Source of the DNA: Bdellovibrionota bacterium
GTDB lineage: Bacteria > Bdellovibrionota_C > UBA2361 > JBIKUX01
Direction of reading: 5' to 3'
Length of the DNA: 64,000 nt
Assembly (NCBI GenBank): GCA_044347345.1
Contig: JBIKUX010000013.1
Coordinates: 14,747-78,746, forward strand
Shown piece by piece: positions 31,153 through 40,855 of the stretch (positions are counted from its first letter, which is position 1; each line of letters starts with the position of its first letter). Under the pieces are notes generated by a model. It had not been told where the DNA came from. It did not search any database and saw nothing but the letters and a program-made list of their open reading frames with translations. The position numbers and the translations under genes were made by a program.

Positions 31153-32458
31153 TCGCTTCGACAAAGCACTCCTTACAGCAAAAGAATTATCTCGTTTTAA
31201 GAAGCGGGGATCAGTAACAGAGATTAGAGGGCTTATTATCGAGGCAAGTGGCCCACTTGCTCCCCTTGGATCTTCAGTAACGATAGAAGGGGAAAATCTA
31301 TCTGCTCGAGCGCAAATTGTTGGTTTTACGAAGGAAAAAGTGCTTTTGATGGCTTATGATGATGTATACGGATTAGTGCCAGGAGCCTCGGTCATTTTTT
31401 CTTCAGGAGATAAAGAGGTAAAAGCATCACTGGATCTACTAGGACGAGTTGTTAATGGCTTTGGCGCGCCAATTGATGGAGGACCAAGGATAAATTCCGG
31501 AGATTCTATTCAACTTTATCGACAACCTCCTAATCCACTCACCAGACGACCTATTTCTCAGGTACTTGATGTTGGCGTGCGAGTTATAAACACATTACTT
31601 ACTATTGGAAAAGGTCAAAGGCTGGGAATAATGGCAGGCTCAGGTGTAGGTAAATCTACCCTTTTAGGAATGATTGCAAAGTATGCTGCTAGTGATGTGA
31701 ATGTTATTGCTCTTGTCGGGGAACGAGGACGAGAGGTTCGAGAGTTTATTGAACGAGATTTAGGAGCAGAGGGTAAAAAAAGATCAGTAGTAGTCGTTGC
31801 TACTGGAGATACCTCTCCTCTAGAGCGCCTTAGAGCTGCTTTTTTAGCAACTGCCTATGCAGAGTTTTTTCGTGACCAAGGTAAGAAGGTTATCCTGATG
31901 ATGGATTCAGTAACGAGACTTGCAATGGCTCAACGAGAAATTGGATTAGCGATTGGAGAGCCTCCCAGTACTAAAGGTTATACTCCTTCAGTGTTTTCTA
32001 TGCTTCCCAAACTTTTGGAACGCGCGGGTAATTGCTCTGGTGAAGGATCTATTACCGGATTATATACAACCCTTGTTGAAGGCGATGATATGAACGAGCC
32101 CATAGCTGACGCAGTAAGAGGGATACTTGACGGACACATTGTGCTATCTCGAAAGCTAGCAGGAAGAGGTCATTTTCCTGCCGTTGAGGTTTTAGAGAGC
32201 GTATCTCGAGTTGTCAGAGATATTGTTCCAAGCGATGCTTTAAATCTTGCTCAAATGGTTAGGGAAGTTTTAGCAACATATAAAGATACTGAGGATCTTA
32301 TAACCATCGGCGCATACAAGCCTGGACAGAATAAACAAGTCGATCGAGCTGTGTCACTGTATGAGCCATTGATAAAGTTTTTAATTCAAGCAGCAGACTC
32401 AAAAAGTTCGATGGAGGAATCTTGGCAGCACTTGGTAAGTATCTTTTCCAAATCTTAA
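31136..32458 (+). CDS. fliI: Flagellar export ATPase FliI
   Basis: AGSGVGKS, GERGREV, MDSVTR, GEPP, LDGHIVL. Confidence 0.96.
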   Translation: MNNPPDRFDKALLTAKELSRFKKRGSVTEIRGLIIEASGPLAPLGSSVTIEGENLSARAQIVGFTKEKVLLMAYDDVYGLVPGASVIFSSGDKEVKASLDLLGRVVNGFGAPIDGGPRINSGDSIQLYRQPPNPLTRRPISQVLDVGVRVINTLLTIGKGQRLGIMAGSGVGKSTLLGMIAKYAASDVNVIALVGERGREVREFIERDLGAEGKKRSVVVVATGDTSPLERLRAAFLATAYAEFFRDQGKKVILMMDSVTRLAMAQREIGLAIGEPPSTKGYTPSVFSMLPKLLERAGNCSGEGSITGLYTTLVEGDDMNEPIADAVRGILDGHIVLSRKLAGRGHFPAVEVLESVSRVVRDIVPSDALNLAQMVREVLATYKDTEDLITIGAYKPGQNKQVDRAVSLYEPLIKFLIQAADSKSSMEESWQHLVSIFSKS

Positions 32459-32501
32459 ATTTTTTCTCGACGTTATCTTTAATTCTCAGAGGATATAGTT
32501 T

Positions 32502-32939
32502 GTGAAAAAATTTTCATTTCGATTAGAACGAATCTTGCAATACAGAAAACGATACGAAGATGAAAAAAAGCGTCAATTAACTAATGCTGTTTCAGCACGC
32601 GATTTAATACTGGCAAAACAGCGAGAAATTTTAAAGTCTCTGGAGGAAAACGAAATTCAAACTTCTGAAGAGCAATCTGCTGGAGTAGCACTACAAGGCT
32701 TATATGGTGCAGGGCTACTTGCACAACTTGCCCTCAGTGAACAAGAGATTATTGAACATGAGAAACGCATTGAAATTATCAAAAATGAATATATTGAGGC
32801 GATTAAAGATGTAAAGGTTCTAACTACCATTAAGGAGTCTAGGCTTGCAGAGTACAATCACGACTTAGAAAAAGCTGAGGCCGCAATAATTGATGAACTA
32901 GCCACTCAACGCTCACCAAGAAAGAGGTACACGCTATGA
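32502..32939 (+). CDS. fliJ: Flagellar export protein FliJ
   Basis: KKFSFRLE.IL.YR, coiled coil, C-terminal IDE; position after fliI. Confidence 0.85.
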   Translation: MKKFSFRLERILQYRKRYEDEKKRQLTNAVSARDLILAKQREILKSLEENEIQTSEEQSAGVALQGLYGAGLLAQLALSEQEIIEHEKRIEIIKNEYIEAIKDVKVLTTIKESRLAEYNHDLEKAEAAIIDELATQRSPRKRYTL

Positions 32940-33772
32940 AAAAATCTCGTCCAACTATGTCAAAAGAACAAGCGATTGAGCTTTACAACGATCTCCACCG
33001 AACCATGCAACAAATGGTAAAAAATACCGCATCCATGAATCCAAAGACGGATTTATCAAAAAAACCACAAAATAAAAATATTGATAAGGCCAGTACTCTG
33101 AAAATTTCAAATCATCCAAACGACTGGGAAGCTGAAGGTACCAAACTTAGCTATAAATCGAGTTGGAGCTCTTCCAGTAAAGGAATGTTTTTAACAATAG
33201 CGGCTCTTTGTGCCATTCGGCTAATATTTGGTATAGCTGAGTTTTTGGGAGTCAATATTTCTAAATTACAGGAAGCTAAGGCTGTAACCAAATCAGAGGT
33301 TACCCTTCAGAATACTCCTCGACTTCCTATGACCAATACAGAGCGAGATTTACTTTTGGATTTAGATCGTAGGCGAGTAGACCTCGAGAGCCGATCTGCT
33401 CGTCTCGATGACCGAGCCAAGGAATTAGCTGAGCAAGAAAAAGCATTATCTGTTCAGCTAAGTGAGCTCCGAGAGCTTACGGGTGCACTTCGTCAAGCTC
33501 GGCTCGAAAATTCAAAAGAAGAGTCCGCAAAAGTAGAACAACTCTCAAAAGTTTACGGATCTATGAATCCACCTGAAGCCGCTGCCTTAATTGAACAACT
33601 AGACATTCAAATCGCTTTACCACTTTTGGTGAGAATGCCTGATAAGCGAATGGCACAAATTTTAGCTCTTATGAAGCCAGAGAAAGCCGTACAGATCACT
33701 AGAATGTTATCCAGCACAAAATATGATTCATCACCTCTACCGAAACAGAGCGAAAAATCTAATCTTAAGTAA
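32936..33772 (+). CDS. MotE/FlbB-like protein (MgtE-N-like domain)
   Basis: TM + coiled coil + VY.SM.P.EAA..., IL..M.PEKA; typical position after fliJ. Confidence 0.75.
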   Translation: MKKSRPTMSKEQAIELYNDLHRTMQQMVKNTASMNPKTDLSKKPQNKNIDKASTLKISNHPNDWEAEGTKLSYKSSWSSSSKGMFLTIAALCAIRLIFGIAEFLGVNISKLQEAKAVTKSEVTLQNTPRLPMTNTERDLLLDLDRRRVDLESRSARLDDRAKELAEQEKALSVQLSELRELTGALRQARLENSKEESAKVEQLSKVYGSMNPPEAAALIEQLDIQIALPLLVRMPDKRMAQILALMKPEKAVQITRMLSSTKYDSSPLPKQSEKSNLK

Positions 33773-33797
33773 ATATAATTAGGTAAACTATCAAATA

Positions 33798-35426
33798 CTA
33801 CGAGCCACTAAAAACCTGCGAATATACGATGTAAGTCTGAGCCAATATGATCTTAAGGATCAAACTGATTGGATACACTGCGGTGTAGGAAAGAGCTGGA
33901 AGGTCACTTTGAGTTCTCTCTCGTAACGTAGCAAAACCTGCAGCGTTATTCATCACTCCGCATATAAAACCCAAAGTAGCGAGCAAATTCTCTCGAAAAA
34001 AAATATGAGAAATAATAAACGTAGTTACAACGCAAATGAGAGAAGTAAAAGTTCCCGCAAAAAAAATTGTGGCTCCATCTTTTAAAACCTCAGCAAGAGG
34101 ACCTGAACCTCCAAATGTTCCAGCAGCAGCTAAAAATAGCATGAGACCAAACTCTCTGCACAGATTCTTTGCCGCTTGAGGGACATACATCGAGATATTA
34201 CCTATATGACCAAAATGACCGATAACGACACTGGTAAGGAACGCTCCTCCGGCAAGACCAAGCCTAACAGTTATGTCTCCTGGTAGTGATATCGGCAAAG
34301 ATCCAATGATGACAGCTAAAAGTAAGCCACCTAAAAAAGGCAACATGCTTGTTTCGTCTACAATATGCTTCTTGGATGCAAATTCAGATACAAACCTTTG
34401 TACATTCTCTGCTTTGCCTACAATTCTTACTTGATCACCGATATCTAAAGATGTTGTCCCTCGTGCTACAAAAGTTACTGCTTGTCTTCTAACACTAAGA
34501 ATCAGTACATCGAAACTATCAAATATTCTAAGCTCTCCAAGAGTTTTTCCGACAAGTGCCGTATTACTAATTTCAACATCAATCAAGGTAACACTTCTAT
34601 CCAGCTCTCGAGGAGGTTTGGTTTCTTCTCCAATTAAAATCTGCATATTCTCAAAGTCGGTTGTTTGTCCAACTATTGATAAAATATCCCCTAATTCAAT
34701 TTTGAGCTCAGGCTCAGCGAGTAGTGTTTTCCCCTCTCTTATAACGGTTGAAATATTAAGTTGGTTACGTTGGCGAGTATTTAATTCTCGTAAAGTTTTG
34801 CCACTACAATTTGGATTAGTAACTTTTAAATGTCGCAGAACTACCAAAGGCTCAATCTGTCTTCTAGATCTAACCCACAAGCGGTCTGCTTGCTCTAAAC
34901 TGATGCCTAGTAATCTTGGTAATATCTGCATAGCTACGACAACTATAAGCATAGCAAATGGGTAAACTAACCCATAACTGAGAGAGGCATCAGCTTGTGC
35001 TGTCGGGGTGCCGATGGTCATAGCATCAAGAGCTGCCGCTAAGGAAGATGTATTTGTAAGACCTCCCGAAAAAATACCAACGCTAATTTCATTTCTCAGG
35101 TTAAAAAATGATGACATCACAAGAACTACAAGCAGAGATATCACCGGTGGTACAGTGGCGATGATAATTATCTTGCTTCCGGAATGTTTTAATGTTCTGA
35201 AAAAGCGTGGCCCTGCTTGAAGACCTACTGCATAAACAAAAAGTAATAAACCTATTTCGAAAACAACTCTGTTAAGTTGATATCCATAGGAGCCAAAGAT
35301 AAGTGCAGTAAAAAGAACTCCTAATGACCCGAGTGAAAACCCAGCAATTTTAATTCGGCCTAAAACTGTGCCAAAAAACAATATGATGCACAGGAGAAGC
35401 AAATTTGAAGAGTCAGAGGAGCTCAT
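33798..35426 (-). CDS. AspT/YidE/YbjL family transporter with TrkA-C domains
   Basis: GL.LFVY.VGL.AGP.FF, two Y..VYP motifs, central RCK_C-like domains. Confidence 0.88.
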   Translation of the reverse strand: MSSSDSSNLLLLCIILFFGTVLGRIKIAGFSLGSLGVLFTALIFGSYGYQLNRVVFEIGLLLFVYAVGLQAGPRFFRTLKHSGSKIIIIATVPPVISLLVVLVMSSFFNLRNEISVGIFSGGLTNTSSLAAALDAMTIGTPTAQADASLSYGLVYPFAMLIVVVAMQILPRLLGISLEQADRLWVRSRRQIEPLVVLRHLKVTNPNCSGKTLRELNTRQRNQLNISTVIREGKTLLAEPELKIELGDILSIVGQTTDFENMQILIGEETKPPRELDRSVTLIDVEISNTALVGKTLGELRIFDSFDVLILSVRRQAVTFVARGTTSLDIGDQVRIVGKAENVQRFVSEFASKKHIVDETSMLPFLGGLLLAVIIGSLPISLPGDITVRLGLAGGAFLTSVVIGHFGHIGNISMYVPQAAKNLCREFGLMLFLAAAGTFGGSGPLAEVLKDGATIFFAGTFTSLICVVTTFIISHIFFRENLLATLGFICGVMNNAAGFATLRERTQSDLPALSYTAVYPISLILKIILAQTYIVYSQVFSGS

Positions 35427-35548
35427 GATGTAGTCTGAAAGTAGTATTTATTCTATTGGTATAAAAGAGTTATCGTTGTTTATAAAACTAAACTCATTCA
35501 TTTTTATTATTTTCTATTAATTTTAGCGATATCTTTCAATTTATATCT

Positions 35549-36991
35549 CTAAGAGCAATGTGGTTTATGAGCTACCCGAAGAAATTCCGTAACAGACACT
35601 CTCTGAAATTCCTCTGGATTTTCCCACCAAAATATTAACTTTTCAGCTCGCAATGGAGAGTATACAGATTTTAAGGCAGCTAAAATTTTTTCTCTTAAAT
35701 ATGGATGTCCTTCCGAACGTCTTCGCTTATGTCCTATTGGATATTCAACTATAACTTTTTCTGTCGCGGTTCCATCAGTGAAAAAAACTTGAACGCTGTT
35801 AGCAATGCTGCGCCGAGTAGGGTCGTAGTAACCTTCAGTAAATTGCTCATTCTCGTCCACAATCATTCGACTTCTAAGAAAATCTATCCGTGGGTCGGCT
35901 GCTACTTCATCGGTGTAATCTAGTTCAGTTAAATTTCCTTTGAGAAGAGCTATTGCTACTATATATTGAATACAGTGATCACGATCAGCTGGATTTCTTA
36001 GCTCTCCTGTTTTTGAAATTATCCTCTTACCTGGCTCTTGAGTGTAAATTTCTATTCGCTCGATTTGATCTATTTTAGATGCGACAAAAGGATAAAGTTC
36101 TATGGCGCATTCAATAGCCGTCTGAGAATGAAACTCAGCCGGAAAAGCTATTTTAAGTAAAATGTTTTCCGCTACGTAAGATCCAAATTCACGAGAAATT
36201 GTGATAGGTTTACCCCTAAGTATTACGTCATTGAACCCCCACTTTGGTGTAGATAACACTCTGGGATAACCTTGTTGTTTGCCCTGTAGAATTAAATAGG
36301 CAAGACGAACTGCGCGACTTGTTGCATCTCCAGCGGCCCAAGATTTTCGAGGCCCAGTGTTTGGATAATGTCTATATGTCCTAAGACTGTTTCCGTCAAG
36401 CCATACATGTGACAGTGCTTGCTCTATATCTTGCTTAGAACCACCAAACAGCTCAGTAGCTATTGCTACTGAAGCTAACTTTACTAAAATTACATGGTCT
36501 ATACCAACTTCATTAAAAGAATTATTAAGAGCTAGTACGCCTTGAATTTCATAAGCTTTCACAGCTCGCAACAAAATATCAGCCATAATATATGGTGCTT
36601 TACCGGCTGATAGCGCTACACGACTTACGTAGTCACTAACGGCTAGTATCGCTCCAAAATTATCTGACGGATGACCCCATTCAGCAGCAAGCCATGTATC
36701 GTTAAAATCTAGCCAGCGAATTAAGGTGCCTATTGCAAAAGCACTTTGAACGGGATCCAATATAAATGGGGTTGCAAAAACTCGCGAGCCATTTGTCACA
36801 TTAATCTCAGAACTAATTGGACTAATTACAGCCATGCATTCCGATACTTTGGTAGCTAAAGCGGCACAAGCAAGGCTATCAAATAAACAGTGGTGAACCA
36901 TAGCCAATGCTTCTGCTGTTGGGATAAATGATTTTGATGATGCATATTGCGCTATAGCTACCAGTTCTTGGTCATATTTAAGAGTAGCCAT
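35549..36991 (-). CDS. prpD: 2-methylcitrate dehydratase
   Basis: RWLDFNDTWLAAEWGHPSDN, PAEFHSQT, DRDHCIQY. Confidence 0.96.
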   Translation of the reverse strand: MATLKYDQELVAIAQYASSKSFIPTAEALAMVHHCLFDSLACAALATKVSECMAVISPISSEINVTNGSRVFATPFILDPVQSAFAIGTLIRWLDFNDTWLAAEWGHPSDNFGAILAVSDYVSRVALSAGKAPYIMADILLRAVKAYEIQGVLALNNSFNEVGIDHVILVKLASVAIATELFGGSKQDIEQALSHVWLDGNSLRTYRHYPNTGPRKSWAAGDATSRAVRLAYLILQGKQQGYPRVLSTPKWGFNDVILRGKPITISREFGSYVAENILLKIAFPAEFHSQTAIECAIELYPFVASKIDQIERIEIYTQEPGKRIISKTGELRNPADRDHCIQYIVAIALLKGNLTELDYTDEVAADPRIDFLRSRMIVDENEQFTEGYYDPTRRSIANSVQVFFTDGTATEKVIVEYPIGHKRRRSEGHPYLREKILAALKSVYSPLRAEKLIFWWENPEEFQRVSVTEFLRVAHKPHCS

Positions 36992-37122
36992 AATTTCTCC
37001 TATATTTTTTTAATCTGAATTGATCAGATTAATTCTTAACTTATGAATGCTCCGGATCTAAAATGTGTAAAAATCCCGACCTACTCATTTCTGTCATAAA
37101 AAATTAAGGTAAGGTTTATATG

Positions 37123-38265
37123 TCATGGGCGTTTAGATAATGGCACTACTTGTCTTTCAGGCGGGCCAACATATTCTGCGCTTGGCCTGATAATTCTATT
37201 ATTAAGCCGTTGCTCTAATATATGAGCGCACCAACCAGCTATGCGCGAACAAACAAAAATTGGAGTGAATAATTTTGTCGGTATTCCCATAAAATGGTAA
37301 GCAGACGCATGATAGAAATCAGCGTTTGGGAATAATTTTTTTTGCTGCCATAGCAATGCTTCAATAGCTTCAGAAATTTCATAAAGATGGGATTCAGGAT
37401 GTTGTATTGAAAGTTTCTTTGCAAAACTTTTTATAACTGCACTTCTTGGGTCACTAGTTCGGTAGATCGCATGACCAAAACCCATTATTTTTTGTTTATT
37501 TCTGAGTAAAATCTCAACTCCTGATACTGCCTCTTCTGGAGATGAAAACTGGCTAATTAGTTCCATTGCTTTCTCATTAGCTCCTCCGTGCAGAGAACCT
37601 CTTAGTGTTCCTATTGCAGCTGTGATTGCTGAATAAATATCTGATAAAGTTGATGCGCATACTCGTGCCGCAAAGGTAGAAGCGTTAAATTCATGTTCGG
37701 CATACAGAATAAGGGAAGCGTTCAATACTGAAACATGTTCAGGATTTGGTTTATCGCAAAGAAGGAGAAGTCTTAAAAAATGACCGGCAAGGGATGTTTC
37801 TTCACTTGTCGTGGAAATCCGTTTATTGTGATGCGAGAAGTGATACCAATAAAGAAGCATGGCAGGAAGTGTAGCTAATAGCCTCTCAGCTACTGCAAAT
37901 AAAGAAACTGAAAATAAAGAAGATGGGTTTGTCTCAAAAAAATCTTCCTCCGGCTCCAAGCTACCTAGCACAGAACAGCCAGTTCTTAAAACATCCATCG
38001 GATGACTAGATTTAGGCAGCTCCTCTAGCACTTTACACAAGATCGGTGGCAGAGATCTTTTCTCTATTAAAGAAGCACTAAAACTACTAAGCTCACTTGA
38101 ATTGGGCAAATCTCCCTTAATTAGAAGATAAGCTATTTCCTCAAAAGAAGTCGTAAGTGCTAGTTCGGTTACATCGTATCCACGGTATCGCAAACCGTTT
38201 TCCTCTGCGCCGACTGTTGCAATTGCGGTTGTCCCTGCAACTATTCCTCGCAAGCCTTCGCTCAT
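37123..38265 (-). CDS. prpC: 2-methylcitrate synthase
   Basis: YAEHEFNASTF, LHGGANE, MGFGH, FPNADF; between prpB and prpD. Confidence 0.94.
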   Translation of the reverse strand: MSEGLRGIVAGTTAIATVGAEENGLRYRGYDVTELALTTSFEEIAYLLIKGDLPNSSELSSFSASLIEKRSLPPILCKVLEELPKSSHPMDVLRTGCSVLGSLEPEEDFFETNPSSLFSVSLFAVAERLLATLPAMLLYWYHFSHHNKRISTTSEETSLAGHFLRLLLLCDKPNPEHVSVLNASLILYAEHEFNASTFAARVCASTLSDIYSAITAAIGTLRGSLHGGANEKAMELISQFSSPEEAVSGVEILLRNKQKIMGFGHAIYRTSDPRSAVIKSFAKKLSIQHPESHLYEISEAIEALLWQQKKLFPNADFYHASAYHFMGIPTKLFTPIFVCSRIAGWCAHILEQRLNNRIIRPSAEYVGPPERQVVPLSKRP

Positions 38266-38351
38266 CGCTATCCTTCTATGTTATCATTACTCTAAACAAA
38301 GTGGTGTTTGGTTAATTGTCTGTTTTGCTGATGTGTTAATTCGTCACTATG

Positions 38352-39245
38352 TTACGACGCCTCAATCTTAGTTTTCTGTGCGCTTAGCTCATCAAGATAA
38401 TTTTCTGATTCGTGATACTTGATTACTTCGTATAGCTCTGAGCGAGTTTGCATCAATGGTAAAAGTTCACTTTGTGTTCCTCGAGCGCGTAAAGTTTCAT
38501 AGACCGCAAGTGCAGACTTACTCATTACGCGAAAAGCAGTTAAGGGATAAAGAGCCATTCTCACGCCAACGCTCCCAAGCTCGCCCAGAGAGAAGAGGGG
38601 AGTCTGACCAAACTCAGTTAAATTTGCTAAAACTGGCACCTTACATCGCAAAACAAACTCTCGGTACTCATCAAGACTCTTAACTGCTTCAGGGAAAATA
38701 GCATCAGCACCACATTCAACATAAAATTGAGCGCGCTCCAAGGCTACCTGTAAGCCCTCAAGAGCTAAAGCATCAGTTCTTGCGATAACAAAAAGTGAAG
38801 AGCTAGTGCGAGAATCAACTATGGCCTTGAGCCGAGAACCCATTTCTTCTGGTGCTACCACCTCTTTATTGGGTCTATGTCCACACCGTTTAGCCTGTAT
38901 TTGGTCTTCAATCTGAAGCGCGCTAACGTTACACCTCTCAGCAGATTTTACCACTCTCTTGATTGTTAATGCATTCCCCCAACCGGTATCGATATCAACT
39001 AAAAGTGGTACATCTACAACATCAGTTATTCGCTGAGCTTCCCCGAATACCTCGGTAAAAGTTGTCAATCCTAAATCTGGAAGACCAAAAGCGTTCACTG
39101 AAACACCACTACCGGACAAATAGAGGGCTTTCATACCAGCCTTTACAGCTAGCAAAGCTGTGTAAGCGTTAGTCACTCCGGGAATTTGAAGAGGAGACTC
39201 AGCTATTAAGGCTTCATTAAATGTCTTGCGCATAATTTTAAACAA
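38352..39245 (-). CDS. prpB: Methylisocitrate lyase
   Basis: KRCGHRP, DIDTG, ARTDA, N.TEFG.TP. Confidence 0.95.
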   Translation of the reverse strand: MFKIMRKTFNEALIAESPLQIPGVTNAYTALLAVKAGMKALYLSGSGVSVNAFGLPDLGLTTFTEVFGEAQRITDVVDVPLLVDIDTGWGNALTIKRVVKSAERCNVSALQIEDQIQAKRCGHRPNKEVVAPEEMGSRLKAIVDSRTSSSLFVIARTDALALEGLQVALERAQFYVECGADAIFPEAVKSLDEYREFVLRCKVPVLANLTEFGQTPLFSLGELGSVGVRMALYPLTAFRVMSKSALAVYETLRARGTQSELLPLMQTRSELYEVIKYHESENYLDELSAQKTKIEAS

Positions 39246-39495
39246 TCTCCACCCTGCCTTAGTATAAGACTTCTATTAAAAGATATTGGCAAGACTACCT
39301 TTTAGGCAAATCACTTTTTAGTCTATTAGAGCTTACTTTTGGTGAGCTTGAGAGTAATAAATAAAGCTGTTAACCTTTTTGTATTTGTTTTACCTTCTGG
39401 CTATAAAACTAATAAAAGTAATTAGTATTTAGTAACAGCTTAGCAGTTAAAAATAGTTTTCTAGCGAAAAGCTACCTAGTAAGGAAAGTACCCAA

Positions 39496-40818
39496 ATGGA
39501 AAGAAACCAGACCGTCGTCATTTCTCCTCGACGCTCTGCTCGAATCAAAGGTGCTAGTAGAGGGCGTGGAACATTACGACCAAGCAACCTTAATATTTCT
39601 TCGTCTAAAAATATTTCTTCGTCTAAATCTCGTGGAACAACGAGGGGGTCATCTGAACCAACAACAGTATCATCAGAAACAGTAGCATCAGAAAGAGTTG
39701 AGAGCAGTAAAGAGAGTTTTACTGAATCACTTGCAAGCGACACCATAAAGGTCAGAAAAATTATCCACATTAATATGGATAATTTGTATGCTGCAATTGA
39801 ACAAAGAGATAATCCAACTCAGTTACTCGGTAAGCCAGTTATTGTGGGAAGAGAGGATTTAGGAGAGCGCAGTGTAGTGTGTTCCGTGAGTAAAGAGGGT
39901 GCCAATTACGGAATTCACAATTCCATGCCAATTAAACTTGCTATAGCTCGGTGCCCTAACGTGATAGTCGTACCTCCACGTTTTGCGGTATACCAAAAAG
40001 TATCTCAGCAAATTTTAGGCATTCTCAAAGAATACAGCCCATTTGTTGAACCCCTTGAACTTGTTGAAGCTTATATTGAGGTTACTGACTCTCCGAAAGG
40101 ATTAACCTCGGCAACTTTACTTGCAAAGGAAATTAAACAAAGAATATTGCAATCGACCGGTCTGATTTGCTCGATAGGAGTGTCAAATAATAAATTTGTT
40201 GCCAAAGCCGCCAGTAGTTTGGGTAAACCAGATGGCCTTGTAGTCGTTCCTCCAAATAAAGTTTGTGAATTTTTGGAGCAACTTCCAATTCATAATTTTC
40301 ATGGTATCAGTAAAACAACGACAGAACGATTTTTACAACGAGGTGTAAAAAATGGGCTTGATTTAAAAAGGATCTCTGAATTAGAGCTCCGTCAGAATTT
40401 CGGCAAACTAGGCTATTTTTTGTATTATTTAGTCCGAGGTAAAGATAACAGGTCTATAATTGCAAACCGCGAACAGAAATCACTTTATGCCGGGTTTACC
40501 TTTGTTCATGAAGAAAAAGTGCTCAATATTATTGAGGGTAAACTACTTGAGCTCACTGAACTTGTGACCGAAAAACTGAATTATCTTGACCGAGGCGCTA
40601 AATGTGTGGTTGTCAAGATAACAAACTCATTATTTATCACACGTTCTCGCCGGCTTTCTTTTGCTACCTCGACCATAAACTGTGAGGATCTTAGCCGAGC
40701 CGCTCGATTTTGTTTACTTGCTCTGATTCAACCCAATGAGAGCATTCATCGTATTGGTGTTAGTTTAACTAACTTAGCCGAGCGGCCAAAATATCAGCAA
40801 TTGAGCATTTTTGGCTAA
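39496..40818 (+). CDS. dinB: DinB/Pol IV homologue, predicted catalytically inactive
   Basis: Collinear with DinB, but HINMD and ELVE replace H.DMD and SLDE; C-terminal QLSIF. Confidence 0.85.
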   Translation: MERNQTVVISPRRSARIKGASRGRGTLRPSNLNISSSKNISSSKSRGTTRGSSEPTTVSSETVASERVESSKESFTESLASDTIKVRKIIHINMDNLYAAIEQRDNPTQLLGKPVIVGREDLGERSVVCSVSKEGANYGIHNSMPIKLAIARCPNVIVVPPRFAVYQKVSQQILGILKEYSPFVEPLELVEAYIEVTDSPKGLTSATLLAKEIKQRILQSTGLICSIGVSNNKFVAKAASSLGKPDGLVVVPPNKVCEFLEQLPIHNFHGISKTTTERFLQRGVKNGLDLKRISELELRQNFGKLGYFLYYLVRGKDNRSIIANREQKSLYAGFTFVHEEKVLNIIEGKLLELTELVTEKLNYLDRGAKCVVVKITNSLFITRSRRLSFATSTINCEDLSRAARFCLLALIQPNESIHRIGVSLTNLAERPKYQQLSIFG

Positions 40819-40855
40819 TTAGCTGGTATTTAGTAAATCTTTTGTCGTAATTTTT

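Noticed and set aside
39250-39495. SOS box upstream of dinB
   Set aside because: No recognisable LexA palindrome; only a widely spaced 9-bp inverted repeat
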